Shown: piece by piece, positions 25,195 through 38,540 of the stretch
How positions within the stretch are numbered: position 1 is the stretch's first letter
Layout of the letters: every line of letters begins with the position of its first letter
NCBI RefSeq assembly: GCF_006345805.1
Contig: NC_043005.1
Location: 90,520,001 to 90,584,000 of the forward strand
Length of the DNA stretch: 64,000 nucleotides
Source: Octopus sinensis
Taxonomy: Eukaryota
Reading direction: 5' to 3'
Notes under the pieces: model-generated
Told to the model about the DNA's origin: nothing
What the model saw: the letters and a program-made list of their open reading frames with translations, nothing else
The model's database searches: none
Made by a program: the position numbers and the translations under genes

Positions 25195-28002
25195 GTTAGT
25201 TTTACAAATTTCTTGTTCATAATGTTTATAGATTTCTAATGTCAGAAGCATGTTGTAGTGTTTTGAGACTTGTTATTGTTGTTTAACAAGTGAGACTTTA
25301 TTGAGTAAACTTAGTCAGAGGTATTGCACTCATGAATTTACTCGCCCCTTTGTTCTCATCATCATTTTACCATCCACTTTTCCATGCTTGTTTGGGTTGA
25401 CCAGCAGTTACTATGGCAGATTTTCTATGGTCAGCCATACAAAATCTGCCTCAATAAGCTTTGCCTGACCCCTGCATATCATCATCATCATCGTTGGACG
25501 ATTTGACTGAGGTCTGGAAAACCAGATAGCTGCACCAGACTTCAATCTGATCTGGCAGGGTTTCTACAGCTGGATGCCCTTCTTAACGCCAACCACTCCG
25601 AGAGTGTAGTGGGTATTTTACATGCCACTGGCATGAGGGCCAGTCAGGTGGTACTAGTAACGGCCACACTCAAATGGTGCTTTTTATGTGTCACCTGCAC
25701 AGGAGCCAGTCCAGCGGCGCTGGCAACGACCTCACTCGAATGTTTTTTCAAGTGTCACCAGCACAAGTGCTAGTAAGGTGACGCAGGTAACGATCACGCT
25801 CGAATGGTGTTTTTAACGTGCCATCGCTCAGAGGCCAGCTTGTTGCTCTGGCCCCGATCTCACTCGTATGGTAATCTCCACTAGCACGGATGCCAGTCAC
25901 CAAATTTGATTTCGATTTCACTTGCCTCAACAAGTCTTCACAAGCAGAATTTAGTGTCCAATGAAGGAAAGGCATGCATAAGTGGACTGGTTATACCCCT
26001 GGCATAGGCCACAAGGTTATGGTCTCACTTGTGCTTGCCGAGTCTTCTCAAGCACAGCATATTTCCAGAGGTCCCAGTCACTAGTGAGGCCCAGTGTTTG
26101 AAGGTCATGCTTCACCACCTCATCCCAGGTAATATTTTTCCATACCCAGATATGTTTTTGCAGAATATTGGAAGTGACTGGCAATTATTTACAACAAACA
26201 AATGATGTTAAGACACTCTCTTTCACACATGCATGATAGTCTTCTTTCAGTTTCTGTCTACAAAATCTACTCACAAGGCTTTGGTCAGTTTGAGCAATAG
26301 AAGACACTTGCCTAAGGTGCCATGCAGTGGGTCTGAACCCAAGACTGCATGGTGAAGAAGCAAGCTTCTCAACCATGCGTGTGGCTTTTTTTTTGTGTGT
26401 GTGGTTGTTGCCAGTGCCACCTGACTGGCTACCATGCTGGTGGTATGTAAAAAGCACCATTCAAGCATGGTCGTTGCCAGTACCACCTGACTGGTCCTTG
26501 GCTGGTGGCATGTAAAAAGCACCCACTGCACTCTGAGTGGTTGGCATTAGGAAGGGCATCCAGCTGTAGAAACTTTGCCAGTCCTCAGTCAAACCGTCCA
26601 ATCCATGCCAACATGGAAAGCGGATGTTAAACGATGATGATATGTGTGTGTGTGTGTTTGTCATTTTCTTAAACATCGTGTGTGTGTGTGATTATGGTTG
26701 GTTTTACTTTATGATTTATGGTACTTAAATAATATTTTGTACTCTAGGCACAAGGCCTGAAATTTGGGGGAAGGTGTCAGTCTATTAGATCGATTCTAGT
26801 ACACAACTTTGCTCACTCAAATGAAGAGCACAGAGCACGTGTGTGCACACATACACACACACACACCTCACCTGGTGGTGAGATTATCAGACAAAAAGAA
26901 TATTAATGGGGGGGGGGGCAGCAGTCTAACAAAACAAGGCTGCATGAAGTAACAATATTTATTAAGTATATGTAGGCTCGTCATCATTTTGATTATTCAC
27001 TGTCCAAATTTGCATGGGTTGGATGGGGTTTACTGAGGCAGATTTTCTCTGGCCAGATGTCCATCCTCTGGCCAACCCTTGCCCATTTTTGAACCAGGTA
27101 ATATTTCTCTGCCCTGACATGTTTTTTGGAGAATTTACAACAATCACACAATGCCCTGACAAAGAGACATAAACCAACCCACACACACACATACATATTT
27201 ATATGTATATTCAATCAGTTATTTCGGTTTCTATCTACCAAATCCACTCAGAAGGTTTTGGTCAATCCAGGAAGTGGAAGACATTTGCTTAAGGTGCTAC
27301 GCTGTGGGATTGAACCCAAAACCATGTTGTTGAGAACTAAATTCTTGACCATAGTCATGTCTGTGTCTATAGTCACAACATCAGAGATTTATATCATAAT
27401 CATCATTTAACATCCGTTTTCCATGCTAGCATGGGTTGGACGGTTCGACCGGGGTCTGGTAAACCATAGAGGCTGCACCAGGCTCCAGTCTGGTTTGGCA
27501 GTGTTTCTACAGCTGGATGCCCTTCCTAACGCCAACCACTCCGTGAGTGTAGTGGGTGCTTTTTACGTGCCACCGGCACAGGGGCCAGAGGAGGCTGGCA
27601 AACGGCCACGATCGGTTGGTGCTTTTATGTTTCACCAACACGGACGCCAGTCAGGCAGTGCTGGCATCTGCCACGTTCAGACGGTGCTTTTTATGTGTCA
27701 CTGGCACAGGTGTCTTAACTACAATTTCCATTTGATTTTAATTTTGATGTTGATGTACTTGACTCAATAGATCTCCTCAATTCAGTCAACACTACAAGCC
27801 TGTTGGCTATTTTATAGAATCCAGAGGGATGACAGGCAAAGTCAAGTCTCTTTCAGCAAGATCCAAACTAATTTTGACCGATATATTACTGAAGCCCACA
27901 ACATTATCTCCATCACTTTGCAGTCTTTCTATTGAAGAAATGTTAATTTGAACCATGTATATTTTAGGCTTTAAAAATTCTTTAATTACTTCTTACATTT
28001 AG

Positions 28003-28156
28003 GCATGTTCCTCAGGCAGCCAAATCTATGAAAGATGGTTTGTGGGACCGCAAAAAATATATGGGTACTGAGTTGTATGGCAAAACTCTTGGAATTATTG
28101 GTTTGGGTCGTATAGGCAGAGAAGTTGCAAAACGTATGCAGTCTTTTGGTATGAAG
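28003..28156 (+). CDS. PHGDH: PHGDH exon 4 ([51 protein letters not shown])
   Basis: tttag acceptor, GTAAGG donor, 154 nt. NAD-binding GxGxxG motif (GLGRIG). Confidence 0.98.
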
Positions 28157-29526
28157 GTAAGGAATATTTTTTAAATTTTTTTTATGCTAATCTGATTTTT
28201 TTACCAAATTTCACTGGCAACATATTTCAGTAGAATTAGTTAAGATAATTGTTTGAAAATAAGGAAAAAGAAAAATCAAAATATCCAAAAGAAGGCCTAA
28301 AGGAGGTTCCTAAACATTTTACTACCAAGGTCCCATTATATTTAATCCCTTGTATTGCCATATTTTTCTTGAAATATTCTGCCCTTTTTTTTTCCAATAG
28401 TTTTGACAAATTTTTGTAAAATAACATTGTCATTGTTAAGTTGGTATTTGGAACACAAATTAACATGGGATTTTGAGAGATTTTAATTTGGATCACTTTA
28501 AAACAGGAAGCATGTATCACAGAAGTAAGAGTGGTTTCAGTGGGTTGGTACCAAGGCTGACCCTAGGGTTGTTGGTGCCACAGGCAAGCTGAACTTCAGC
28601 ATGTACAAGCTGATGGTTGTGGAAATTTCTTTGTCTTTGTTACTTTGTCATTTTTAGATGTGCATGCTCTCCAATTTATGAGGAAACGGTCGGATGGGGG
28701 CACACTTGTTTAGGTATACCTAATATATATATATTTAGGTAAATTTTAGGAAGTACATCCGCATGTGTTTCCCCAAGAAAAACAAAAACAAGATTGGTGG
28801 AAGATTTTAATTCAAAACTTATGAAAACAAGACATTTGTACTCAGAGCCAATTTCAGCTGGGTTGGTAACAGAAGGGTTAATATAATGAGGTTTTAATTT
28901 TGGCACAAGCAATTTTGACTCAAAGGCGGTGAGCTGGCAGAAACGTTAGCAAGCCAGGCGAAATGCTTAGCGGTATTTCATCTGCTGTTACGTTCTGAGT
29001 TCAAATTCCACCGAGGTTGACTTTGCCTTTCATTCCTTTGGGATCAATAAATTAAGTACCAATTACGCACTGGAGTTGATGTAATCGACTTAATCTCCAT
29101 GGGCAATAAAGAAATAACAAGCAATTTTGACACAAAGACTTTAGTCAATACCATCACTTCTAGTACTTGACTGGTACTTTATAATACAATTTGATTCAAA
29201 ACGGTGATTCTTTACCAAGGTCCAAATGACTCTTGGGGGTCCATGTAAGATTTCGTTGAAATTTAAATGCAATGAATTGGTTATATTTAAACAATACATA
29301 AAAATATTTTAATTTTTTTTATTCAATTCCAAATAATTAATTATAAAAATATAAGATTTTTCAAACATTAAGTAGCCTGAGGAGGAGGGTGGGTGTCTGA
29401 GTAAAATAGGAATCAAGGAGTCCATAGAGAAAAAAATGGTTGAGAACCACTGATTTAAAAGAACAAAATCTCTTAAAATAGTTTTCCTAATTATTATTCT
29501 TCTAAAGTTTGTTTTCTTTCTTTCAG

Positions 29527-29659
29527 ACTGTTGGTTTTGACCCAATAGTAACAGAAGAAGAAGCTCTGAAGTGCAACATTACGAAATTATCTCTGGAAGA
29601 AACACTTCGCTTGTCCCATTATCTCACAGTTCATACCCCATTGATTCCCCAAACCAAAT
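29527..29659 (+). CDS. PHGDH: PHGDH exon 5 (TVGFDPIVTEEEALKCNITKLSLEETLRLSHYLTVHTPLIPQTK)
   Basis: tttcag acceptor, GTAAGG donor, 133 nt. GFDP and TVHTPL motifs. Confidence 0.97.
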
Positions 29660-30168
29660 GTAAGGTTTGATACACTAATTACTGCTGTTTTATTATGTAA
29701 TTAATTAACAATCATGTATGCTCAATGTTATTTTCAGCACATATGACTATATTACAACCCCACAACAAATTTATTTATGCATACATATGTACGACAGGCT
29801 TCCAGGGAGTTTTTGCCTTTCTGTCTGCCGAATTCACTCATAAAGGTCATCTCCCATAGCCTGAGACTAAAGATGCCTCTCACCCAAGATGCTGTGCAGT
29901 AGAACCGAACCTAAAACCACATGGTTGCAAAGCAAACTTCTTAACTTAGCTTGAGTCTATGAAGATAATTTTTATATTTCTTCGTGAAACTTGAAAATAA
30001 GTACAAATTAAATACAAATTAAATAAATACAAATTAAAATAAATACAAATTAACGAGGCAAACAAGATTAAATCCAGCACCATTCCCTGTTTCTGATATT
30101 GTTTTGTATTTTGTTTTTAATTTTATTTATGTATATATATATATTTCTTTTTTGGTCTTTTGTCCCAG

Positions 30169-30317
30169 ATCTGATAAACTCTCAAACCCTGTCATCCTGT
30201 CCTAAGGGAGTAAAAGTGGTAAACTGTGCACGTGGTGGAATAATCAATGAGAAGGATTTGCTTTCAGCTTTAGAATCTGGTCAGTGTGGAGGGGCAGCAC
30301 TTGACGTCTTTGAGCTG
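30169..30317 (+). CDS. PHGDH: PHGDH exon 6 ([50 protein letters not shown])
   Basis: cccag acceptor, GTAAGA donor, 149 nt. NCARGG (catalytic Arg) and ALDVF motifs. Confidence 0.98.
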
Positions 30318-31153
30318 GTAAGAGTTTCTTAATTAACCCTATTGTTGCCATATTTTTTAAATTTTTCCTTTGTTTTAGATTATTTTGAAAATTTGCTAAA
30401 ATAACTTTGGAATGTTAATTAATGTGAAAATTTGAAAGATTTTAATTACTTTAAAACAGGAAGTTTGTATCATAAAATCAAAGGGTGGCCTTAAAATGGT
30501 TGATATCAAAAGGATTAAATCCCATCCTACCATCATTTGATGATGTAGTCTGGGATTTACTGTGATTAGATAAAAAAAAAATGATGGATGGCTATGGCTG
30601 GGATGTCTTTGAACATAAGATCTGCTTAACCCTTTTGTTATATTTGGAAATTCACTGTCCTTGGTTCAATTTATTTTGAAAATAATGAATTTAGTAAAAT
30701 GCCTGTCATTATTAATCTGGTTTGGAGCATAAATTGGTTTCAAATTTTGGCCTAAGCCAGCAATTTTGTGGGAGGGAATTTGACCTTGGTAGAATTTGAA
30801 CTTACAATCTAAAGACAGATGGAATGCTGCTAAGCAATTTGCCTGGTGTGCTAATGATTCTGCCAACTTGTCGCCTTCATTTGGAACATTAATTAACATG
30901 AAATTTTGATAGGTTTTAATTTAGATCATTATTAAAAAGGAAATAAGCAGCCTCAGACCAATTGGTATCAAAATAGAAGCTGCCATAGAAACAAGGGTGG
31001 TCTCTAGTGGTTTGCTGTCAAAATGGTTAAAAATAAAGCTATGGCAATATGTTGACTGATCTCAGTATGTATTTGGTGCATTTTAAAGGTTTTTTGTATT
31101 TATATATCTTTTTGAAAAAAGATTTCTTATTTTTTTTTTTTTTTGTCTTATAG

Positions 31154-31306
31154 GAGCCTCCCACAAATTCCAACTTAATTCAGCATGAGAAGGTGATCTC
31201 TACTCCACATCTGGGAGCTAGCACCGTGGAAGCTCAGAAACGGTGCGGAGAAGATGCAGCACGGCAGATTGTTAACTTTGTGCAAGGTGTTAACTACACT
31301 GGAGCT
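31154..31306 (+). CDS. PHGDH: PHGDH exon 7 (EPPTNSNLIQHEKVISTPHLGASTVEAQKRCGEDAARQIVNFVQGVNYTGA)
   Basis: tatag acceptor, GTAGGG donor, 153 nt. EPP (catalytic Glu) and PHLGAS (catalytic His). Confidence 0.97.
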
Positions 31307-31699
31307 GTAGGGATGCTGTTTTTCATATTTTTATTTTTCTCTCTTAAATGTGTGTGTGTGTATAAAAATGTAAATAGATAGGTATTGATAAGTGTGTGGT
31401 GGTGGAACTTGGCCTGTACTTTATGATTATGTTCAGGCTGTGTTTATGAAGTGTTTTGGCATCAGTTCAGCCTTCACTCAGAATCTGTAATTGAAGGTGT
31501 CACCTCAACAAAAAATTTCTTTTTTGTTTTTTGTGTAATGTATCTAGGACACATTACCCACGTGCCTTTTTTTTTTCTAAATGGCAAGACAGTTAGTTTT
31601 CTGTGTCACCTTGTCTCTCCTCTTTGTCTTTACCCTTCTCTAAATTTTATTAATTTGTACCTATCTGAGAAATCAACATTTGTCCATTGATATTTTCAG

Positions 31700-31850
31700 C
31701 TCAATGGTTTTGGCATTATGAATGCTGTTGACCCGAAGATTCAACCTTGGATGTCTTTAGCTTACAATTTTGGAATCATTATTTGGAAATACATTGAAAA
31801 ATTTCTGATGACTTCCTTCCAAGATGTAAAACTTGCAGTCAATTTAAAAG
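31700..31850 (+). CDS. PHGDH: PHGDH exon 8 (LNGFGIMNAVDPKIQPWMSLAYNFGIIIWKYIEKFLMTSFQDVKLAVNLK)
   Basis: tttcag acceptor, GTAAAA donor, 151 nt, in phase. P..PW..LA..lG pattern at the start of the ASB domain. Confidence 0.9.
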
Positions 31851-32659
31851 GTAAAACTACAATGTTTCTTTACAATCTTTGTTTTTTTCTGACACAGCTT
31901 ACTAACCAATTGACCATATCTCTAAAGTATCTCACCTCTTGGTGCTAGTTTACTCTGTAAGAAATCATGCCTACAGAAATAGTTGCAATTCCTTGATTTG
32001 CCACATTTGTTTTGGCAAATTATTTCAGAAACAATTTTCTCATTTTGTCTTTAAGTATAAGCATGGCTGTGTGGTTAAAAAAGCAGCTTCCAAATCACAT
32101 GGTTTCAGGTTCGGTCCCACAGCATAGTACCTTGGGCAAATTTCTCTCAACAATATAGTTGTAGCAGTTATTGGTGTCATGCACCTGACACATAAAAGCA
32201 ACTATTACTCTTGGAGTGGTTGGCGTTAAGGGCATCGAGATATAGAAACCATGCCATATCAGACTGGAGTCTGGTGCAGCCTTGGTCAAACCGTCCAACC
32301 CATGCCAGCATGAACAACAGATGTTAAAAGTTGATCATCTTTGAAAACAAAACAAAGTAAACAGACTGACAGGAGACCTGATGGCTGGTGGAAGAAATAG
32401 AAATTTTATTTTCACCTGAAAGTAGAATTGTTTGGAAGAAAGAATTTCAACGAAGATATGAGAAAAAATATATTGGTGCTATGGATTTAAGAAGTGACTA
32501 GAATGTTCCAAAGTAATTAAACCTATTATTAACATCAGAATGATTCCATTTGACATTAGAATTATTCTAATAAGATCAAGATGGAATGTAAATAAGATGA
32601 TCACCTCACTTTCCTTGCAGGATGTGCACTTTAGCTCCAACATCATAACCCTACTTTGT

Positions 32660-33170
32660 GATGTATCCACTGGCTAATCATCCCATTAGCCTGGTGCTGG
32701 AAGGTTTTTGATGTCCCACCCAGGTTCTAGAGCCACATGGTGCCTGCTGTCAAGCAAATTTCTCTGGCACAGTATGGCCAAGCAAACAGGGGAGTGGACC
32801 AAGACCTGTATCCTCTGTCAACAAACCAAAGTCCATCAGCACACCAAAGCACCTCTTGACGACTATGAACTGCCACAGGCCTGTTTCTGCCACATCATCA
32901 TTGACCTCATCAGTCCCCTACCACCTTTGCAAGGTTGCTCATACCTTACTGACCTTGACAGACCACTACACGTTGGCTTGAGGCTATCCTTCTGCACCTT
33001 CATCACAAACTGGGTTGCTTGTTTCTCTGTCCCAGACAGCATCTCATCTGATCATGGCCCTCAATTCACCTTGAATCTGTGGAATGACTTGTGACCTTTC
33101 TGGAATGACAATGAAGTGAACAACAGCCTACCATCCCTGGGCCAATGAGTTAGTGGAGAGATTTCGCCGC
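32660..33170 (+). mobile_element. Gypsy/Ty3 integrase fragment in PHGDH intron 8
   Basis: SHPGSRAT..KFLW..C..CQQTKV..HIIIDLISPLP..SDHGPQFT, then YHPWAN..VERFRR. Confidence 0.85.
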
Positions 33171-33451
33171 TGCACTGCCCAAGAACTGGTAATGAATGAA
33201 CTGTAGGCTAGCTTGTGAGCTGGTATGCAGTGAAGAGACTTCCAGCTAGGTAGGACTCCTCTGGAGCACCAGTTGGCTGATTGCTTTTGCCTTCACAGTA
33301 AATAACCAAATGTAACAAAATAAATTCTACATCATCACAGTCTCGTTCTTAGTTGATTGTTTTTATAGCTTAACTTTTGTTGTTTTTATAATTTTTTTGT
33401 TTGTTTTTTGTTGTTGTTTTTTAATTAGTAAATTCTGGAATCCAATTTCAG

Positions 33452-33576
33452 GTTGTGGACTAAAAACTGCTAAAGACAGTATCATTGGTGCTTTTTATAC
33501 TGGTATCTTGAAAGAAAATAACAGAAATGTTAATCTGGTGAATGCTTTCAAGATCTTTGACCAGAATAAAATGGAT
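33452..33576 (+). CDS. PHGDH: PHGDH exon 9 (GCGLKTAKDSIIGAFYTGILKENNRNVNLVNAFKIFDQNKMD)
   Basis: tttcag acceptor, GTAAGT donor, 125 nt. Conserved G.LK and VNLVNA motifs. Confidence 0.93.
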
Positions 33577-33611
33577 GTAAGTTTAATATGTTTATGATCT
33601 ATAACATTCCA

Positions 33612-33680
<69 letters not shown>

Positions 33681-36263
33681 CAAAATAAGCAACAAAGATA
33701 TCCAAGGTAGTGTAGTACAATTGTTTCATGCTACTTCATTTTATTAAACACTGTAAGTATTACATCAGTTTTAAAATGTTGAGCAATCTTCTACCGTGGA
33801 TATCTTTGTTGCTTATTTTGATTATAATCACCCCATTTGATTTATATGGATAATACCATACAAAATTCTGCTGCCTTTAACTTAAGTACCATATTCATCT
33901 GAATCTAAATTTTGCTGAACTTTCATATATATATATATATATATATATTTCACTACGGTATTGCAATGCTAATAACATAGTGCTAGGACTCAATATACAT
34001 ATGCTTTAGTACAATTGTTTTCCAAAATAGATTGGGCTTCTTGTTTGAAGCTCCAAGGAAGCTTTAAGGGGATACTCAAGCACTCAGCTATGAGGGCAGT
34101 GCACCTTGTAGCAGAAACAGCTTTAAGCTAATGGAGTTCATATCTTAATTGTTTATTATATTTATATTCTCTACTAGCAGGGCCCATGAAAAATTCATGG
34201 AAAATATTAAAATGTAAGCATTTGTAAATTGTGTGCTGGTGCCATGAAAAATGTTTCTATATTGTGTCAGTTAAAGGCGGTGAGCTGGCAGAATCGTTAG
34301 CACACTGGGTGAAATGTTTAGCAATATTTCATCTCTTTACGTTCTGAGTTCAAATTCTACCGAGGTCAACTTTGATTTCATCCTTTTGGGGTCGATAAAT
34401 TAAGTACCAGTTGTGTACTGGGGTCAATCTAATTAACTGGTACCCTCCCCTCCAAAATTTCAAAACTTGTGCCTATAGTGGAAAAGTATATTGTGTAAAA
34501 CTGATAACTATATAATCCAACCAAAATATTTCAGTTACACAAACATAAACAGAATTATTATTTAGCCTTAAAATACATCGTATATATTCAAAGAACCCGC
34601 TTGGTTTAGTGGTATGGAATGTTTTTCTTGTATTCTTTTATTTTTCTTATTTGTCATTTGATGATGGCCATGCTGGAGCACCACTGTTTAGTCAAAGAAA
34701 TTGACCCCTGGACTTATTCCCTGTGAGCCTGGTGCTTATTCTATCAGTCTCTTCTGCTGAGCAGCTAAGTTACTGGCACAGGTGCCAGTAAGGCAACACT
34801 GGTAACGATCACACTCAAATGGTGCCTTTTACGTGCCACTGGCACGGAGGCCAGATAGCCACTCTGACATCAATCATGCTTGGATGGTGCTCTTAATACC
34901 CTACTAGCACGGGACTCGAGTGCCAGTAAGGCGACGCTGGTAACAATCACGCTTGAATGGTGCCTTTTAAGTTCCACGGTAATTAATTATATTGTAGGAA
35001 AGTAAAAATTAACGGGAAAAAATAGAATTAATATTTTTGATTTTGTTCAGTTCTATGAATTTTTTTTTTTTTAAATGCTTTTGTCAAGAAATTGGAAAAA
35101 TCCTGACCAAAACAGAGAAATCCTAACTTAACAAAAATTATAAAATGAGAAAGTTGTATTTATTTTCACTATGCGACACTTATCGCACACACACATACAT
35201 TCATATATGTGTGTGTGTCTTTTAGATTTTGTTTACTTGTACACATCAACAAATGAGCCAATTGAACAACTCTGTGTGGTTGTTCAATTTGCTAGAAATA
35301 ACAGCCAAATCTCTCATACTATGCTCTTGTTAGTATTAAGGAAAGGGGAAAAATAGAACTAATATTTTTGATTTTTTTCGGCTCTATGAATTCAATTTTT
35401 TTTTTCCAAATGCTTTCATCTGTTACTTGATACAAGAAAAAGAAATTGGAAAAATCCTGACCAAAAGAGAAATTAACTTAACAAAAAATATAGAAAGAAA
35501 AGGTTGTATTCAAAAGCCAAAAGTTGTTTTTTAGCTGAGGTGTAATTTTATAATTCAAACAAATTCAAAATTTAAATTTCAGAACATAAGACTTAACTTG
35601 CTATCTAGTGTATCGCTGAATTCAAATGGGTAGAAGGCCTAAAACAAATGTGTGTGTGGTTGGGCTTTTAATAACCAGGGATCAATTTCATTTCACTCAT
35701 AGAAAGGAATTCAAATACCTACCAGCCACTTCCTCTCACTCTCTCTCTTTCTCTCACTCTCTCATCTCTCACTTTCTCTCACTGCCTCTCTCCCTTGTTC
35801 GACACATGTGTCAAATTTAAGTATTTTAAATTTCTCATTAAGATTGTTGCTGCTTCGATGGCCCTGTAGGCATGGGTGTTGTGAAGTGGTAATACAATAC
35901 ATAGGCAGTGGTTTCAAATCTCTTCCAGAAATTACAAGATAGTTAAAAATTTTTTATTTAAGCAACAAAATTTCAACAATTTCTTTTAAGGTGTGTTACA
36001 TACATCAGCTATATACAAAAAACAAATTGGCGTATTATTGATACTTGATAATGTCTCTTTGACAATCAGACAAAAGGCTCAGCAGCATTTCTTTTGGTTC
36101 TCTGTGTTTTGAGATGAAATACTGCTGAAGTCAATTTTGCCAGTCTTCCTCTCAAGGTTGACCTGCCAAGTATTTGAGTTGATGTAATTGCCTAAACCTC
36201 TCCTCCTAAAACGACCGGCCCTGTGCCAATTATTGTTGTAACTGTTAATATTTTATTATTCAG

Positions 36264-36483
36264 GTTCAAGTGAATTATGAAGAATCTACAGCAGCCTTTT
36301 TTTCTGTTGATATTATATTGAAAGAAACAGTTGTGTGGAAGATTGGTGGAACTTCACAAGGGCATAACCCAACACTGCTCTATATTGGGAACAATTCTCA
36401 CCTGACATGCCCTTTGACACTGAAAGACACCTTCTTGTTTTTCCCAATCAGTAAACAAACTGAAATCATTGAACAGTTAATTC
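36264..36483 (+). CDS. PHGDH: PHGDH exon 10 (VQVNYEESTAAFFSVDIILKETVVWKIGGTSQGHNPTLLYIGNNSHLTCPLTLKDTFLFFPISKQTEIIEQLI)
   Basis: ttcag acceptor, GTAAGT donor at 36484, 220 nt open and in phase. G..QG..P.L pattern of the type I PHGDH ASB domain. Confidence 0.85.
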
Positions 36484-38189
36484 GTAAGTAAATATTGGTC
36501 AGTTATAGTCTTTTTTTAGTCGTATATTTTTCAGTTGAAATTTCCTAACCAAGAACATTACTACATGGTTATGAGATTCAATTTGAAATTGTATGCTTTC
36601 AATTATGTACACTGTTTGTATTAGCCAGAGTGGTGTCTTCATCTTGATTATTGCTTTCGCAACATTTTGGCTGTTGTACATTCCATTCTTCTTTTGGTGT
36701 CTTGTGTCAAACTCAGTTGTTGTAGCAGAATTTCAAACCTAACTCTTTGATTCACAGAGGTACACTATTCTCATTTCACTCTCTGTGGAATGTATCAGAA
36801 TTCTGATACAACAATTAAGTTCATGATAAGACACCTGAAGAAGGGTTGGCACATAGACAGCTGAAACATAATGAAAGCAACAATCATGATGAGGTTGCCA
36901 GTCTGACTAATACATAACATAAATTCTTCATCTCAGAAATATAGAATAGTATTGTGTGGTTTTGAGGTCAATGTAGCTGAACAGCACCTTGCACAAGGGC
37001 CTTTTGCTTCACACTTGGTTTCAACAAAACTTTCATCATTTAATGTCCACTGGATTTTTCTTTTTTGCAGGGCTGGGGCTGATTTAATTCTTAACCACAT
37101 GGCTATTTCTGCATGAAAATTGGTGTATTTAATCCATTGCTTGTTTAGAAACCTACTGCCTGGTCCTTAGATATCCCTTTAGCAGATTTCACTTTTAGGC
37201 TTCGCTCTTAGTCTCTGAATTTCTTATCTTTTGAGGAAAAAAGAAAAAAAGCATAAAGAGTCGTGAGTATTGTTGTTACACCTCAAAGTCATGCAAAAAG
37301 AGTAAAAAATGATATTAAAAAGAACAAAGATCTATAACTGATGGTCATTTGGTCAATTAGCATCTGTATTAGAAATGAAACCTTTCACACTTTAACATTT
37401 AAACCAGCTGTAATTCAGCTAAAATAATTATCTTCAGAACCAACCTGATCTGGCCTCTCAACTTACTCTGCAATGTCATTCTAAAAATAAACAATCATGT
37501 CATGGAAATCTTAAAGCTACAAGTTAATGTGCATTTAAAGTAATTTAAATTTAAACTTTTAATCAAAATTCAATGTTAATTTATGTTCCAAACACCAGCT
37601 TCATAGGGGCAATGTTATTTTACTAAATTCTTCATTGAGTTCAAAATTAATTGAAACGAAGTTAGTGTGTTTCAACAGAAATATAACAAAAGTTATAACT
37701 AAGTTTATGGGCAGTTTTGTATGTAAATACAGTGAATCCTTGACGACATCATCCAATGATGGTAAGGTGCGAATTAACCCTTTTGATACCAACCCACCGG
37801 GGACTCTCCCTGGTTCTGTAATACAAACTTGTTTTAAAGTGATTTAAAGTAAAAACCTAAAATTTCATCTTCTGTTCCAAACACCAGCTTAATGTACACA
37901 ATTCTTTATTTTCAAAATTGAAATAAAGGAAGTTTCAACAGAAATATGGTAATAAAAAGGTTCAGCAGATAGCGAGAGGCATCCAATGATACGGTCACAG
38001 ATAATGGGAAACTTGGGCCTACTGCTGAGACAACTTAACTCTTCAGCATTCAGATTGCTTATTTGTTTACATTGTTTTGAATTAATCATGCATTATCCTG
38101 TATCTTTAAGATTTCAATGATGTGATTGTATAGTTTTAGGACATTGTAGAGTATGTGTGAGAGAACAGATCTGGCGGGTTTTAAGATAT

Positions 38190-38540
38190 ATATAGGCGTG
38201 GCTGCATGGTAAGAAGCTTGCTTCCCAACCACATGGTTCCGGATTCAGTTTCAATGTGTGGCACCTTGGGCAAGTGTCTTCTGTTATAGCCTCAAGCTGA
38301 CCAAAGCCTTTTGAGTGGATTTGGTAGGCAGAAACTGAAAGAAGCCTATTGTGTGCCTGTTTGTCGTCCACCCCCACCATCACTTGCCAACCGATGTTGA
38401 TGTGTTTGTTCCCATAACTTAGCAGTTCAGCAAAAGTGATCAACAGAATAACTACTAGGTTTACAAAGAATAAGTCCTGGGGTCAATTTGTTCGACTGAA
38501 GGTGGTGCTCCAGCATGGCTACAGTCAAATGATTGAAACA
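38190..38540 (+). mobile_element. tRNA-derived SINE family C
   Basis: ggcgtggctgcatggtaagaagcttgcttcccaaccacatggttcc..ttgggcaagtgtcttc..gaaagaagcc plus tail. Other copies at about 1360-1515, 4960-5060(-), 26230-26390(-), 27130-27360(-), 29790-29945(-), 48990-49150(-), 58110-58490 and 63850-63960. Confidence 0.8.

Noticed and set aside
37071-37087. Strong acceptor (ttttttgcag) as PHGDH last exon
   Set aside because: The in-phase frame stops after RLGLI. The 38984 exon gives a full-length homologous C-terminus. A minor truncated isoform cannot be excluded.
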